NCBI GenBank assembly: GCA_020634015.1
Contig: JACKCN010000001.1
Coordinates: 659,258 to 723,257 of the forward strand
Length of the DNA: 64,000 nt
Direction of reading: 5' to 3'
Origin: Candidatus Delongbacteria bacterium
Lineage (GTDB): Bacteria > CAIWAD01
Shown: positions 9,166-19,779 of the stretch, piece by piece
Layout: each line of letters starts with the position of its first letter
How positions within the stretch are numbered: position 1 is the stretch's first letter
The notes under the pieces: generated by a model
Database searches by the model: none
What the model was told of the DNA's origin: nothing
The model's input: the letters and a program-made list of their open reading frames with translations, nothing else
Translations under genes and position numbers: made by a program

Positions 9166-9837
9166 TCACATCCGGCCCGCGTAGGGCACCACCGGCACGG
9201 CCAGCGAATCCGCGGCACTCTCGAAGAGCGCGACGTTGCCCTCATTCTGAAAGAAGAAGATCCGGTTGGCGTGTTCGCGCCGTGGCGAGTCGGCACTGGG
9301 CTGGAAGCGTTCTTTCGTGACCGGATCGGTCAGCATGCCGGTATACTGCCAGGGAGCCACGAGGAACTTCTCGCGGTTCTCGTCGCTGGACAGGTAATAG
9401 GTTTCATAGTTCACGAAGACGCGGTGATCGACGTCCAGCAGGGCCTGCTTTTCCGGATCGACCACACACTCCACCGAGATGCCCAGATTGTTCAGCCAGA
9501 TTTCGGGACCTTGCACGAAGGTCACTCCACAGGGCCTTCAGCAGAATCCCACCGGATGGTCGTTGACGTATGACGCGCCCATCTTGCGGTTCAGACGCAC
9601 CTGGCGCACGGCGCAGCGGTCGTTGAGCGTGATCTTGCCGTCGGCGAAATAGCGCATGACCGAAAGGCTGTCCTCCGGGTGAAGCAGTTCACCCAGTGGC
9701 ATCACGGGCATTGGCGCCATGTCGGCCATGGCGGACTCTTCGGAGCTTGGCTCCGCCCGGGGAGCGGGCGCCTCCGCCGCCCGGCACAGGGTTGCCAGCA
9801 CGAGCAGGCCCAGACCGACGTTCCATGATCGACTCAT
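9166..9837 (-). CDS. Periplasmic YHS/TRASH-like domain protein interrupted by an in-frame TGA (9538-9540): a Sec candidate, a pseudogene, or an error
   Basis: Two track ORFs (9538..9837 and 9166..9525) are in the same frame, separated only by TGA. Translated across it: ...NDRCAVRQVRLNRKMGASYVNDHPVGFC-TGA-RPCGVTFVQGPE..., which matches the YHS pattern DPVCGM...YYFCSxxCxxxF with the TGA at the Ser position. Downstream there are two degenerate YHS-like units lacking Cys. N-terminal signal peptide. Confidence 0.45.
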
Positions 9838-10181
9838 TCATCACTCCTTGCCGTGATTCCGCTGTATTGTGTTGGGTCGCTGCGCATCGTTGGGAGAGAT
9901 CGCGCCCAGATAGTGTGATCCTGACCGCGGATGCACAAGGAAATTCCGGATTGCCTGAAATTCTTTCGTGAGGATTCGCTGGCCAACCCGTCCATTCACG
10001 CGCGACGCTCAGGACTGAGGATGATCATGACTGCAACCAACCCCTTCGTGGCATTGACTGTCAGCGGTGTCGTCGCATCTCTCCCGAGCCTGCTGGTCCG
10101 GTGGCGGCCGGGCGAACCGGAACTCAACCGCTTGCGGGATCGGCCGCCCCACGACCGCGCATGGGCTCCGGAGTCCGGCTC

Positions 10182-10808
10182 ATGAGCACGCTGAGTCTGG
10201 CACTGGCACTGGACTTTGCCGGCGTGGCGGTCTTTGCGGCCAGCGGGGCGCTCTCGGCGGGACGCCAGCGGCTGGACCTGCTTGGCGTCCTGGTGATTTC
10301 CGTGGTCACCAGCCTCGGGGGCGGCACCCTGCGTGACCTGCTGCTCGACCGTCACCCACTGTTCTGGATCACGGATACCCGCTATCTGCTGGTGAGTACC
10401 CTGGCCGCTCTGCTGACCCTGCTCTGGGTGCGTCGTTTTCCGGTACCCGAGCGTGCCCTGCTGTTGGCTGACGCTCTGGGTCTGGCCCTGTTCACCATCA
10501 TGGGTGCGCGCATCGCCGCACGGGCCGGGCTGGGAGTTCCCATCAGCATGATGATGGGGGCGATCACCGGTGCGGCCGGTGGTGTGATCCGCGATGTGCT
10601 CTCGAATGATGTACCGCTGATCCTGCGGCGCGACCTCTACGCCACCGCCTCACTGGCGGGCGCGGGTGTGTATCTGGGTCTGCGCGAGGCATTGGCGGAT
10701 CCGGCCCCCGCGATCTGGGCCGGCCTGGCGACCGTGGTGGCCCTGCGTCTGCTGGCGATTCACCGTGGTTGGCGCCTGCCCGTGTTCTACTGGAACGACC
10801 ATCGATGA
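10182..10808 (+). CDS. UPF0126 / Gly_transporter (PF03458-like) membrane protein
   Basis: Two repeats of the trimeric intracellular cation-channel-like TM module (LDFAGVAVFAASGAL ... ITGAAGGVIRDVL). ATG at 10182 with GGAG upstream. Confidence 0.7.
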   Translation: MSTLSLALALDFAGVAVFAASGALSAGRQRLDLLGVLVISVVTSLGGGTLRDLLLDRHPLFWITDTRYLLVSTLAALLTLLWVRRFPVPERALLLADALGLALFTIMGARIAARAGLGVPISMMMGAITGAAGGVIRDVLSNDVPLILRRDLYATASLAGAGVYLGLREALADPAPAIWAGLATVVALRLLAIHRGWRLPVFYWNDHR

Positions 10809-10821
10809 CTGCGGAGGACTG

Positions 10822-12387
10822 ATGACACAGATTCTGGCCAGAAGCTCGGTTCTCTGCCTGTGTGCCGCACTGGCCACAAGTGCCTTGCCACAGCCACAGG
10901 GAAGTCCGCTCAAGGATCCCGGCCCACTTGAAACCCTGCTGCTGCAGGGCTCGATTCCCGAGCTGCAGGCGGCCATGGACGAAGGACGGCTCACGGCCGA
11001 GGCACTGACCCGATTTTTCCTCGAGCGCATCAAAGACCACGACGGCCCGCTGCAGGCGGTGATCGCCACCAATCCCGAAGCCCTCGCCCAGGCCCGTCGG
11101 CTGGACCAGGAACGGAAGCTGGGCCAGTCGCGTGGCCCCCTGCACGGGATTCCCCTGCTGCTGAAGGACAACATCGAGATGCGCGAACTTCCCACCACGG
11201 CCGGTTCACTGGCGCTGGCGAACAACCTCAGCGGACGTGATGCGCCCGTGGTGGCCAATCTGCGCGCGGCAGGAGCGGTCCTGCTGGGCAAGACCAACCT
11301 CAGCGAGTGGGCCAACTTCCGCTCGGAGCGTTCCTCCTCGGGCTGGAGCGCCGTGGGTGGGCAGACCCGCAACCCCTGGGACACCGGGCGCAGCCCCTGC
11401 GGCAGCAGTTCGGGCTCGGGAGTGGCCGTGGCCGCCGGATTCTGTGTGGCCGCGCTGGGCACCGAGACCGATGGCTCCGTGATCTGCCCCTCGTCGGTCA
11501 ATGGCATCACAGGACTCAAACCCAGCATCGGACTGTGCAGCCGTACGGGCATCGTGCCCATTTCGCACAGCCAGGACACCGCGGGACCGATGACACGCAC
11601 ACCCGGTGATGCCGCTCTGGTGCTTCAGGCGATGCGCGGCGAGGACGCCCGCGACCCGGTGACCGCGCGGGGCTCCGGCGTGCCGGCGATCTCCCATCCT
11701 TCCGGCGATCCCGCATTGCTCAGGGGCGCACGCATCGGTGTGCTGCGTTCGGCCACCGGGTATCACGAGGGTGTGGACTCGCTCTTCGATCAGGCTCTCG
11801 AGTGCCTGCGCGGTGCCGGTGCGATCCTGCTGGACGGTCTGGGTCTGGAAGAGCCGACCGGCTTCGGCGACGACAGCTACCATGTGCTGCTCTGCGAGTT
11901 CAAGCACGACCTCAACCAGTATCTGGGCGCGCTGCCCGACTCGCTGCCCGTGCACACTCTCGCCGGGCTGATCCAGTTCAATCTGGATCACACGCGGGAC
12001 GAGATGCCGTGGTTCGGCCAGGAGATCTTCGTGAAGTCGCAGGCCACGGGCGGGCTGGAGGATCCGGGGTATCCCGGGGCCCTCGAGCGGGTCCGCAGCG
12101 CCACGCGCGAGCATGGGCTGGATTCGCTGCTGACCCAGTACTCGCTGGATGCCTTGCTGGCCCCCACCACGGGCCCCGCCTGGAGCATCGATCTGGTGAC
12201 CGGCGACCACTTTCTGGGCGGGTTCTCAAGTTATCCTGCCATCGCGGGATACCCCCACCTGAGCCTGCCCATGGGACTTGTACACGGACTGCCCGTGGGC
12301 CTCTCGTTGAGCGCGGGAGAATTCGCTGACGCCCGCCTGCTGGAGTTGGGCGCCTCCCTGGAGGCACTGTTGAGGAAACAGCCATGA
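10822..12387 (+). CDS. Amidase-signature family amidase with signal peptide
   Basis: GGSSSGSGVAVAAG and the Ser-cisSer-Lys context (KDNIEMRELPTTAGS). GGAGGA RBS. Confidence 0.85.
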   Translation: MTQILARSSVLCLCAALATSALPQPQGSPLKDPGPLETLLLQGSIPELQAAMDEGRLTAEALTRFFLERIKDHDGPLQAVIATNPEALAQARRLDQERKLGQSRGPLHGIPLLLKDNIEMRELPTTAGSLALANNLSGRDAPVVANLRAAGAVLLGKTNLSEWANFRSERSSSGWSAVGGQTRNPWDTGRSPCGSSSGSGVAVAAGFCVAALGTETDGSVICPSSVNGITGLKPSIGLCSRTGIVPISHSQDTAGPMTRTPGDAALVLQAMRGEDARDPVTARGSGVPAISHPSGDPALLRGARIGVLRSATGYHEGVDSLFDQALECLRGAGAILLDGLGLEEPTGFGDDSYHVLLCEFKHDLNQYLGALPDSLPVHTLAGLIQFNLDHTRDEMPWFGQEIFVKSQATGGLEDPGYPGALERVRSATREHGLDSLLTQYSLDALLAPTTGPAWSIDLVTGDHFLGGFSSYPAIAGYPHLSLPMGLVHGLPVGLSLSAGEFADARLLELGASLEALLRKQP

Positions 12388-12869
12388 GTGTGACATCCAC
12401 CGGATCGCCGGCGAGCGCGATCAGCTACCGCGTGAATCAGCCGATCACGCCCGAGGACTACATCGACTTGCTGCAGCGTTCGGGACTGGCCGAGCGGCGC
12501 CCCGTACACGACCGTGCCAACATCGCGGGCAGTCTGGCCGCGAGCAACCTGCTGGTGAGTGCCTGGCACGGTGATCTCCTCGTGGGTGTGTCCCGCTCGC
12601 TCACCGATTTTCACCAATCCTGTTATCTGGCCGATCTGGCCGTGGATCGCACGGGCCAGCGCTCGGGAATCGGGCTGGAACTGATCCGACTGACGCGCGA
12701 GCAGCTGGGGTCGATCTGCAAGTTGATCCTGCTGGCGGCTCCCGCGGCCGCTGAATACTACCCCCGCATCGGTTTTCGTCACGACGAGCGCTGCTGGATT
12801 CTGGAACGGCAGGATCCGCTGGGTGTGCCACGCACGCAGGACGACACACACGGAGGACCCACGCGGTGA
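12384..12869 (+). CDS. GNAT family N-acetyltransferase
   Basis: ATGA overlap with the amidase. Acetyl-CoA binding-like segment TGQRSGIGLELIR. Confidence 0.65.
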   Translation: MSVTSTGSPASAISYRVNQPITPEDYIDLLQRSGLAERRPVHDRANIAGSLAASNLLVSAWHGDLLVGVSRSLTDFHQSCYLADLAVDRTGQRSGIGLELIRLTREQLGSICKLILLAAPAAAEYYPRIGFRHDERCWILERQDPLGVPRTQDDTHGGPTR

Positions 12870-13831
12870 ACTGGATCCTGATTCTGGCGCTCTGCCTCTG
12901 CTCCAGTGTCACGGCGCGCCAACGGCAGATACCGGCTCCCACGAGACGGATCACGGACACCGGCACGCTCGAGCGGGTCGAGGCCTTTCCCTCCGATCAC
13001 GTGCAGGCCCGTGCGATCGAGGTCTGGCTGCCTCCCGACAGTCTCTGGGACGGCCACCCGCTGCCCGTGCTCTACATGCACGACGGACAGAATCTATTCG
13101 AGGATTCACTCAGTTTCAGCGGTGTGGACTGGAATGTGGACAGCGTCCTGGTCGCCCTGTCGCGCCAGGGCTTCTGCTCGCTCGCGTTGCTGGTGGGCAT
13201 TGCCAATACTCCGCTGCGGCGTCCCGAATACATGCCCGATGCGCTCTATGCGCAATTCACGCGCGCGGAGCGTCGTCAGTTTCGCCAGCAGTTCGGCGAC
13301 AAGGCCCGCGGTGACGACTATCTGCGCTTCCTTGTCGAGGAGCTGAAGCCCTGGATCGATGCCAGCTACCCCACTCTGCCCGACCGCGATCACACGGTGC
13401 TGATGGGGTCCAGCCGGGGCGCATTGATCTCGCTGGCGGCCATGATCCAGTATCCGCAGGTCTTTGGCGCGGCGGCCTGCCTCTCGACTCATTGGCCGGG
13501 CGCCATGGCTCACGAAGAGGACTGGTTGCGCCAATGCCTGCCCGAGCCGGACGGACACCTGCTCTACGTCGATCACGGCGACCGGACCCTCGATGCGGAC
13601 TACCCGCCCCTGCAGCGTGCGGTGAACCAGGTGCTGCGCGAAAAGGGCTGGCTCTCCGGCCGGGATTTCCTCTATCGCTCATTTCCTGGCCATGAGCATT
13701 CCGAAGCCGCTTGGCGTCTGCGGCTGGACGAGCCCCTGATGATGCTGCTGCCGCCCCTGGCGCTGACTCGGGATCCCTGGCGCGACGAGCCAACCCGGCC
13801 AGGCGCAACTCCGGAATGTCCCGCCCCCTGA
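12866..13831 (+). CDS. Putative esterase (PF00756-like alpha/beta hydrolase) with signal peptide
   Basis: PVLYMHDGQNLF ... LMGSSRGALISL nucleophile elbow (GSSRG). Start overlaps the GNAT stop. Confidence 0.7.
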   Translation: MNWILILALCLCSSVTARQRQIPAPTRRITDTGTLERVEAFPSDHVQARAIEVWLPPDSLWDGHPLPVLYMHDGQNLFEDSLSFSGVDWNVDSVLVALSRQGFCSLALLVGIANTPLRRPEYMPDALYAQFTRAERRQFRQQFGDKARGDDYLRFLVEELKPWIDASYPTLPDRDHTVLMGSSRGALISLAAMIQYPQVFGAAACLSTHWPGAMAHEEDWLRQCLPEPDGHLLYVDHGDRTLDADYPPLQRAVNQVLREKGWLSGRDFLYRSFPGHEHSEAAWRLRLDEPLMMLLPPLALTRDPWRDEPTRPGATPECPAP

Positions 13832-13910
13832 GCATATTCCACCTTCTCGCAGACGCGGGGCGCAAACAACCAACAGACCGTTCCCACCAAACCAACAGGA
13901 GACTTGCACG

Positions 13911-14417
13911 ATGAGCATCGCCGCATCCATGCTGCCCGAACTGGACAACGAACTGAAGAACACGCGCAAGGTGCTGGAACGCCTGCCCGACGAATCCTTC
14001 GGCTGGAAGCCCCACGCCCGCTCCATGTCCCTGCTGCACCTGTCCTCGCATGTGGTCAACATGCTCGCCTGGGGCACCATGACCGTGCAGACCGACTCCT
14101 TCGATGTGGCTCCCGTGGGTCAGGAACCGATGAAATCACCCGAGCATTCGGGCAGGGCCGCCGCGCTGGAAGCCTTCGACCGCAATGCCGCGGAGTTCCG
14201 CTCAGCCCTGGCCGCCGTGGAAGATGGCGAGATGATGCAGACCTGGTCACTGCTCGCCGGTGGCGAGGTCATCTTCGCCATGCCACGGGTGGCCGCGCTG
14301 CGCTCGATGATCCTGAACCATCTGATTCACCATCGGGCCCAGCTCACGGTCTACCTGCGCCTGCTGGACAAGCCGGTTCCCGCGCTGTATGGCCCCAGTG
14401 CGGACGAAAACTTCTGA
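13911..14417 (+). CDS. DinB_2/DinB-YfiT-like four-helix-bundle family protein (not a polymerase)
   Basis: LSLLHLSSHVVNMLAWG ... LNHLIHHRAQLTVYLRLL, typical DinB_2 His residues. AGGAGA RBS. Confidence 0.75.
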   Translation: MSIAASMLPELDNELKNTRKVLERLPDESFGWKPHARSMSLLHLSSHVVNMLAWGTMTVQTDSFDVAPVGQEPMKSPEHSGRAAALEAFDRNAAEFRSALAAVEDGEMMQTWSLLAGGEVIFAMPRVAALRSMILNHLIHHRAQLTVYLRLLDKPVPALYGPSADENF

Positions 14418-14435
14418 GCATTGCCCCCGATTGAC

Positions 14436-14471
14436 GAACGGCCCCCTACGCACAAGCCCGGGGGGCCGTTC
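14436..14471. terminator. Bidirectional stem-loop between convergent genes
   Basis: GAACGGCCCCC-tacgcacaagcc-CGGGGGGCCGTTC: an 11-12 bp GC stem, followed by TTCTGCTT. Confidence 0.55.
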
Positions 14472-14503
14472 TGCTTGATCGCCAGCAGATCCGGCGCGCA
14501 TGC

Positions 14504-15232
14504 TCAGGGCCTGGATGTGCCGGCCTGGGGCAGATGTTCCAGAATCAACTGCCCCAGGCGGGCATAGTCTCCATCCAGATGGTGTCCTCCCGCAATGGAA
14601 ATGACCGTGGCCAGGCCGTCGGGCAGGGACGAGCCGATGCAGTCCGGATCCTCGCTGCCGTAGAGACAGAGGATCGGCATGCCGGACAGGCTTCGCAATT
14701 CGGGCAGGACCTCCAGCAGGGGGCCGCTGGGTGAGGCCCCGAGGGCGTCCCACAGGTGGACTTCCAGCGAGGTCTCCGCGGAGGGAGCGATCAGCACCAG
14801 CTGGGCGACCCGCGCACGCAGGTCTTCGGGCAGACGGTTGATCATGAAAGGCAGGACATCGGCTCCGCGGGAAAACCCCACCAACAGGACAGACTGCCTG
14901 CCGGTACGGGCCAGTCCCCGGGCAATGATCCGGCCGAGGGTTCGGCCGGACTGCTCGACGGTCTTCGGCTGGCTGAAGTACTTGCGAGCATCCAGACCAA
15001 TGACGGGCAGCCCCGCCGCGGACAGAGTCGCGGCCAGCTCCCGGTCGATGCTGGCCCAGCCTCCATCTCCACTGATCAGCACCACAAGAAGATCCGGCCC
15101 GGGGCCATCGGCCACAACCTCCACCAGCGGCAGGTCCGCCAACGCATCACCCGTGATCGCACGGGCGGCACACAGGGCTGAGGGCAGCAGACACTGCAGG
15201 CCCAGCAGCAGAGAACTGACCAGGGATTTCAT
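14504..15232 (-). CDS. VirJ/AcvB-like alpha/beta hydrolase with signal peptide
   Basis: VLLVGFSRGADVLPF nucleophile elbow. Signal peptide MKSLVSSLLLGLQCLL. Confidence 0.55.
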   Translation of the reverse strand: MKSLVSSLLLGLQCLLPSALCAARAITGDALADLPLVEVVADGPGPDLLVVLISGDGGWASIDRELAATLSAAGLPVIGLDARKYFSQPKTVEQSGRTLGRIIARGLARTGRQSVLLVGFSRGADVLPFMINRLPEDLRARVAQLVLIAPSAETSLEVHLWDALGASPSGPLLEVLPELRSLSGMPILCLYGSEDPDCIGSSLPDGLATVISIAGGHHLDGDYARLGQLILEHLPQAGTSRP

Positions 15233-15490
15233 ACGGGGCCCTTTGCGGACAACAAGGAGCGGGAGCTGTCTGGAACCATCATCGACATGGCGAAACCTGC
15301 CGATGCCCCGACGGGTTCCTGAACCGAACCCACTGCCAGTGCCACTCCAGAAGAGGCAGCCGCGGATCCATTTCCGGGAAACGCCTGCGGCTTGGCCGGT
15401 TGCACAGGGTTCTGCATACTGCCGGCCTGCGGGATGGGCCCTTGCAGGGGCGAGTCACGCCACATTCCGGCATCAGCAAGCGCGGAGGCC

Positions 15491-16918
15491 ATGATGAACG
15501 AATTCCGACTGGAACACGACAGCATGGGAGAGGTCCGGGTCCCCGCCGACGTGTACTGGGGTGCCCAGACCCAGCGCTCGATCGAGCATTTTCCCATCGG
15601 CCGCGAACGATTCCGCTGGCCGCGTTCCGTGATCCGGGCCTTCGCCCTGGTCAAGGGTGCCGCCGCGCGCGCCAATGCCGAACTGGGACAACTGGACAAA
15701 GAGCTTGCCAAGGCCATCTCCGGGGCGGCCGCGGAAGTGGAATCGGGGCGCTGGGACACACAGTTTCCACTGGTGGTGTTCCAGACCGGATCCGGCACCC
15801 AGAGCAACATGAACGCCAACGAAGTGCTGGCCAACCTGGCCAACGAACGCCTGGGTCACGCGCTGGGCAGCCCCGGGCCGGTCCATCCCAATGACCATGT
15901 CAATCGCGGCCAGAGTTCCAATGATGTCTTCCCCACCGTGATGCATGTGGCCGTGCTGGGGGAACTGCAGGAGCGTCTGCTTCCGGCTCTCACCGGCCTG
16001 AAGAAAACCTTCGGGGCACTGGCGACTGAGCATGCCCTGCTGGTCAAGACCGGGCGCACGCACCTTCAGGACGCCACCCCGATCACACTGGGCCAGGAGG
16101 TCGGGGCCTGGGCCGCCCAGCTGAGCCTGGCACTGGACGCCCTTGACAGCGCCCGGCCCGGCGTGCTGCAGCTGGCCCTGGGCGGCACCGCTGTGGGCAC
16201 CGGGCTGAACGCACATCCCGGCTTTGCCGAGGCCGTGATCCAGGATCTGGCGCGGATCACGGGTCTGCCCTTGCGCCAGGCTCCCAATCTCTTTGCCGCC
16301 CTGGCCGGCCACGAGCCCCTGCTGCAGCTGAGCGCCGCTCTGCGCACCACGGCCGCGGCCCTGCTCAAGATCGCCAACGACATCCGCTGGCTGGCCAGCG
16401 GACCGCGCTGCGGCATCGGCGAGCTGCGTCTGCCCGAAAACGAACCGGGCTCTTCGATCATGCCCGGCAAGGTCAATCCCACCCAGTGCGAAGCGCTCTC
16501 GATGGTCTGCGTGCAGGTCTATGGCAACGACGCCGCCCTGGCCTTCGCCGCCAGCCAGGGGAATTTCCAGCTGAATGTCTACAAGCCCGTGATCCTGCAC
16601 AATGTGCTGGAAAGCATCGGGCTGCTGGCCGACGCCTGCGCGGCCTTTGACACCCACTGTGCCCGGGGAATCGAACCGGACCGGGCGCGCATCGCCGACC
16701 TGCTGGAGCGCAACCTGATGCGAGTCACGGCACTGGCTCCCCGGATCGGCTACGAACGGGCCGCGGCACTGGCGCATTCGGCCAGCCTGCGCGGGCTGAG
16801 TCTGCTGGAGGTCGCCCTCGAGGACAGCAGCCTGGATCCGGACGAGCTGGCGCGCTGGCTCGATCCCGCGCGACAGGCCCTGCCCAACCGGAAGACGGAC
16901 GACGATGACTCCCGCTGA
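15491..16918 (+). CDS. fumC: Class II fumarate hydratase
   Basis: [37 protein letters not shown] signatures. Confidence 0.9.
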   Translation: MMNEFRLEHDSMGEVRVPADVYWGAQTQRSIEHFPIGRERFRWPRSVIRAFALVKGAAARANAELGQLDKELAKAISGAAAEVESGRWDTQFPLVVFQTGSGTQSNMNANEVLANLANERLGHALGSPGPVHPNDHVNRGQSSNDVFPTVMHVAVLGELQERLLPALTGLKKTFGALATEHALLVKTGRTHLQDATPITLGQEVGAWAAQLSLALDALDSARPGVLQLALGGTAVGTGLNAHPGFAEAVIQDLARITGLPLRQAPNLFAALAGHEPLLQLSAALRTTAAALLKIANDIRWLASGPRCGIGELRLPENEPGSSIMPGKVNPTQCEALSMVCVQVYGNDAALAFAASQGNFQLNVYKPVILHNVLESIGLLADACAAFDTHCARGIEPDRARIADLLERNLMRVTALAPRIGYERAAALAHSASLRGLSLLEVALEDSSLDPDELARWLDPARQALPNRKTDDDDSR

Positions 16919-18545
16919 CTCACAGGCCCTGAATGACGTGCTGGCCTGGCACCGGCTCAGCAGCCACGCGCCCGGGCGATTCGCACCCGGACCGGGTGGC
17001 CTGGACTGGATCACCCAGCCCGATCCGTTCCAGCACTGGGTGGGCACCCAGCGCCTCACTCTGCCGCTGCGTCCTGTCCGTCCGGACGACACCCACCCGG
17101 AGCCATCGACGGACGCGCGCACACGGCTCGGCCAGTTGTTGCAGGACAGTCTGGGGCTTTCGGCGTGGAAGGAATTCGGCCAGTCCCGCTGGGCCCTGCG
17201 GATGAATCCCTCCAGTGGCAACCTGCATCCCACCGAAGCCACCCTGATCTGCCCCGCGATTCCCGGCCTGAGTGACACGCCCTTCGTGGCGCACTACGCT
17301 CCCCGCGATCACAGTCTGGAACTGCGGGCCCGTGTGCCTCTGGCGCTGTGGGAGGCTCTGGTCGGGGAACTGCCCCGGGAGTCTTTTCTGCTGGGTCTTT
17401 CCAGCATTGCCTGGCGCGAAGCCTGGAAGTACGGCGAACGTGCCTTCCGTTATGTGCACCTGGATCTGGGCCATGCCCTGGGCGCCCTGGCCTTCGCGGC
17501 CGCTCCCCTGGGGCTGAGCGCGCGCTCCTGCCCGGCGCTGTCACACGCCCAGCTTGAGACCCTGCTGGGGCTGGACTCGACGCGCGGCCCCTTTCACGAG
17601 ATCCCGGACATTCTGGTGGTGCTGGCCCAGGCCGACTCGCTGCCCGATGGGGCTTCAGGCCTGTCACTGACGGTTCCCGAGGGTTGGAATGAGCTGCACT
17701 GGCAGGGAGAACCCGAGTCCCTGGGAGCCCTTCCCCGTGTCTGGCCCGGACTGCGACGCATGAGTGAGCTCTGCCGCTCGTCCGCGCCGATGACCGACCC
17801 GGACGAAGCGCCCTTGCCTCCGCTGTCCGACAGGTGGCCACGCCCGGGCCCGTCGCTGCGTGCCCTGATCCACGGTCGACGCAGTGCCGTGGCCATGGAC
17901 GGTGAGACGGCGATGCCCCTTGAGGATTTCCAGCGGATTCTGCAGCGTTGCCTGCCGGGCGCCGGACATCTGCCCTGTGCCAGCCTGCCCCAGCGGCCCC
18001 GGGTGTCCCTGCTGATCTTCGTGCACCGTGTCACGGGACTGGAGTCGGGTCTGTATCTGCTGCTTCGGGATCCGGCTCACGAAGAACGGTTGCGGGCCGT
18101 CAGCGATCCGGGCCTGCTCTGGGCACCTTGCGGCGAATCGCTGGCCGAACTGCCGCTGCGACTTCTGCAACCGGGCGACTGGCGCTCGCGGGCGGCCGCG
18201 CTCAGTTGCGGGCAGGAGATCGCGGGCGAGGGCTGCATCAGTCTGGGCATGCTGGCCGAGTTTCGCCCAGGACTGGAACAGGTCGGCCCCGCCCTTTACC
18301 CGCGCCTCTACTGGGAATGCGGTCTGCTGGGCCAGGTGCTCTATCTGGAAGCCGAGGCGGCAGGACTGAGCGGCACGGGCATCGGTTGTTTCTTCGACGA
18401 GGCCGTGCACACGAGCATCGGGCTGAAGGACGACAGTTTCCGCAGCCTGTATCACTTCACCATTGGCGGCGCGGTTCGCGATACCCGACTGCGCACCCTG
18501 CCACCCTATGCCGATCGCGGCACAGACAGCGGAGATGACGCATGA
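16905..18545 (+). CDS. Tandem nitroreductase-like (SagB-type dehydrogenase domain) protein
   Basis: Two nitroreductase-fold halves ([18 protein letters not shown] ... [11 protein letters not shown]). 14-nt overlap with the fumC end. Confidence 0.55.
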   Translation: MTPADSQALNDVLAWHRLSSHAPGRFAPGPGGLDWITQPDPFQHWVGTQRLTLPLRPVRPDDTHPEPSTDARTRLGQLLQDSLGLSAWKEFGQSRWALRMNPSSGNLHPTEATLICPAIPGLSDTPFVAHYAPRDHSLELRARVPLALWEALVGELPRESFLLGLSSIAWREAWKYGERAFRYVHLDLGHALGALAFAAAPLGLSARSCPALSHAQLETLLGLDSTRGPFHEIPDILVVLAQADSLPDGASGLSLTVPEGWNELHWQGEPESLGALPRVWPGLRRMSELCRSSAPMTDPDEAPLPPLSDRWPRPGPSLRALIHGRRSAVAMDGETAMPLEDFQRILQRCLPGAGHLPCASLPQRPRVSLLIFVHRVTGLESGLYLLLRDPAHEERLRAVSDPGLLWAPCGESLAELPLRLLQPGDWRSRAAALSCGQEIAGEGCISLGMLAEFRPGLEQVGPALYPRLYWECGLLGQVLYLEAEAAGLSGTGIGCFFDEAVHTSIGLKDDSFRSLYHFTIGGAVRDTRLRTLPPYADRGTDSGDDA

Positions 18546-19135
18546 ACAGCTGGGACGAACGCTACTCCGCCAGCGAGTATGTTTACGGAACCGAACCCAA
18601 TGGCTTTCTGGTGCAGGTGGCGGACCGACTCAGGCCCGGTGACCTGCTCTCGCTGGCCGAAGGCGAAGGGCGCAACGCCGTGTATCTGGCCGGACTGGGT
18701 CACCGCGTGAGTGCCGTGGATTCCTCGGCCGTGGGTCTGGCCAAGGCCCGTGAGCTGGCTGCGCGCAAGGGCGTGAGGCTTGAAACCACCTGTGGCGATC
18801 TGGCGGAGTACGATCCCGGTCAGGACCGCTGGGACAGCGTGGTGTCGATCTTCTGCCATCTGCCCGGGGCTGTGCGTGCCGACCTGTACCGGCGCGTGTG
18901 CTCGGGTCTGCGTTCAGGCGGGTTGCTGGTGATCGAGGCCTACACGCCCGCCCAGCTGGCCCATGGCACGGGCGGCCCGCGCGATGTGTCGCTGCTGGTG
19001 TCGCTCGAGACCCTGCGTACGGAGCTGGAGGGTCTGGAATTCCTGATCGCACGGGAAACGGAACGCACGGTCGTGGAAGGCACTCTGCATACGGGACTGG
19101 CCTCCGTGGTCCAGGTTCTGGCCCGCAAGCCCTGA
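18542..19135 (+). CDS. Class I SAM-dependent methyltransferase (TehB-like)
   Basis: DLLSLAEGEGRNAVYLAGLGHRVSAVD SAM-binding motif I. ATGA overlap with the previous gene. Confidence 0.7.
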   Translation: MNSWDERYSASEYVYGTEPNGFLVQVADRLRPGDLLSLAEGEGRNAVYLAGLGHRVSAVDSSAVGLAKARELAARKGVRLETTCGDLAEYDPGQDRWDSVVSIFCHLPGAVRADLYRRVCSGLRSGGLLVIEAYTPAQLAHGTGGPRDVSLLVSLETLRTELEGLEFLIARETERTVVEGTLHTGLASVVQVLARKP

Positions 19136-19186
19136 GAGTTCCTGCTGACTCTTCCGCTCATCCGGAATCAGACCTCAGTCCGGGGA

Positions 19187-19720
19187 TCACGCGGAGCCGC
19201 GGATCACCCAGACCTCCTCCCCATCCTCCATATCCTCGGTGCGCACCAGCCCCGCAAAGGCGGCCACCCGCTGGCTGGCGACGTGCGCGGGGTGCACGCA
19301 GGCGCGAACCTCGGGCACTCCCTGCTCCAGCAGCCAGGCGACCAGCGCCCGGGCCGCTTCCCCGGCAAAACCTTGCCCCTGCCATTCCGTTCCGATCACC
19401 CAGGCCACATGGGCATGGTCCTGACACACCGTGCTCTGGGAGTAGCCCAGCGGCTGGCCCCCGGTCTTGTGTTCGATCAGCCAGTTCAGCCAGATCTCCT
19501 GGCCGTCGGGAGAACGACGCTGTTCGCGAAACCTCAGCAGCTCAGTCAGCGCAGCTTCCGATTCGGGAGGATCGCCACCCGTGAACTCGTGCAGGCGCAC
19601 GTCGGCCAGCAGGGGATACAGGATGCGGGCGTGCGTGCTGCGCAGGGGTCGCTGGAGCAGTCGCGCGCTCTCGAGCAGCGGGGCATGGTCGGCAGGAAGC
19701 TGGAACACGGCGATCTCCAT
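19187..19720 (-). CDS. GNAT family N-acetyltransferase (RimJ/RimL-like)
   Basis: QGQGFAGEAARALVAWLLE motif A-like segment. ORF open to 19804; I chose ATG 19720. Confidence 0.6.
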   Translation of the reverse strand: MEIAVFQLPADHAPLLESARLLQRPLRSTHARILYPLLADVRLHEFTGGDPPESEAALTELLRFREQRRSPDGQEIWLNWLIEHKTGGQPLGYSQSTVCQDHAHVAWVIGTEWQGQGFAGEAARALVAWLLEQGVPEVRACVHPAHVASQRVAAFAGLVRTEDMEDGEEVWVIRGSA

Positions 19721-19779
19721 CGGGTGGCGCCCGGCCGTGGGGAGGTGATCCGGACCTTGGGTTCGGCGCGGGAGTGGGC

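Noticed and set aside
9885-10095. Confident call of a glycine riboswitch
   Set aside because: Only partial motif resemblance, and I could not fit the canonical P1/P2/P3 architecture in either orientation. It is kept as a finding but not annotated as ncRNA.
15473-17278. 601-aa minus ORF
   Set aside because: It is antisense to fumC, which carries unambiguous fumarase signatures.
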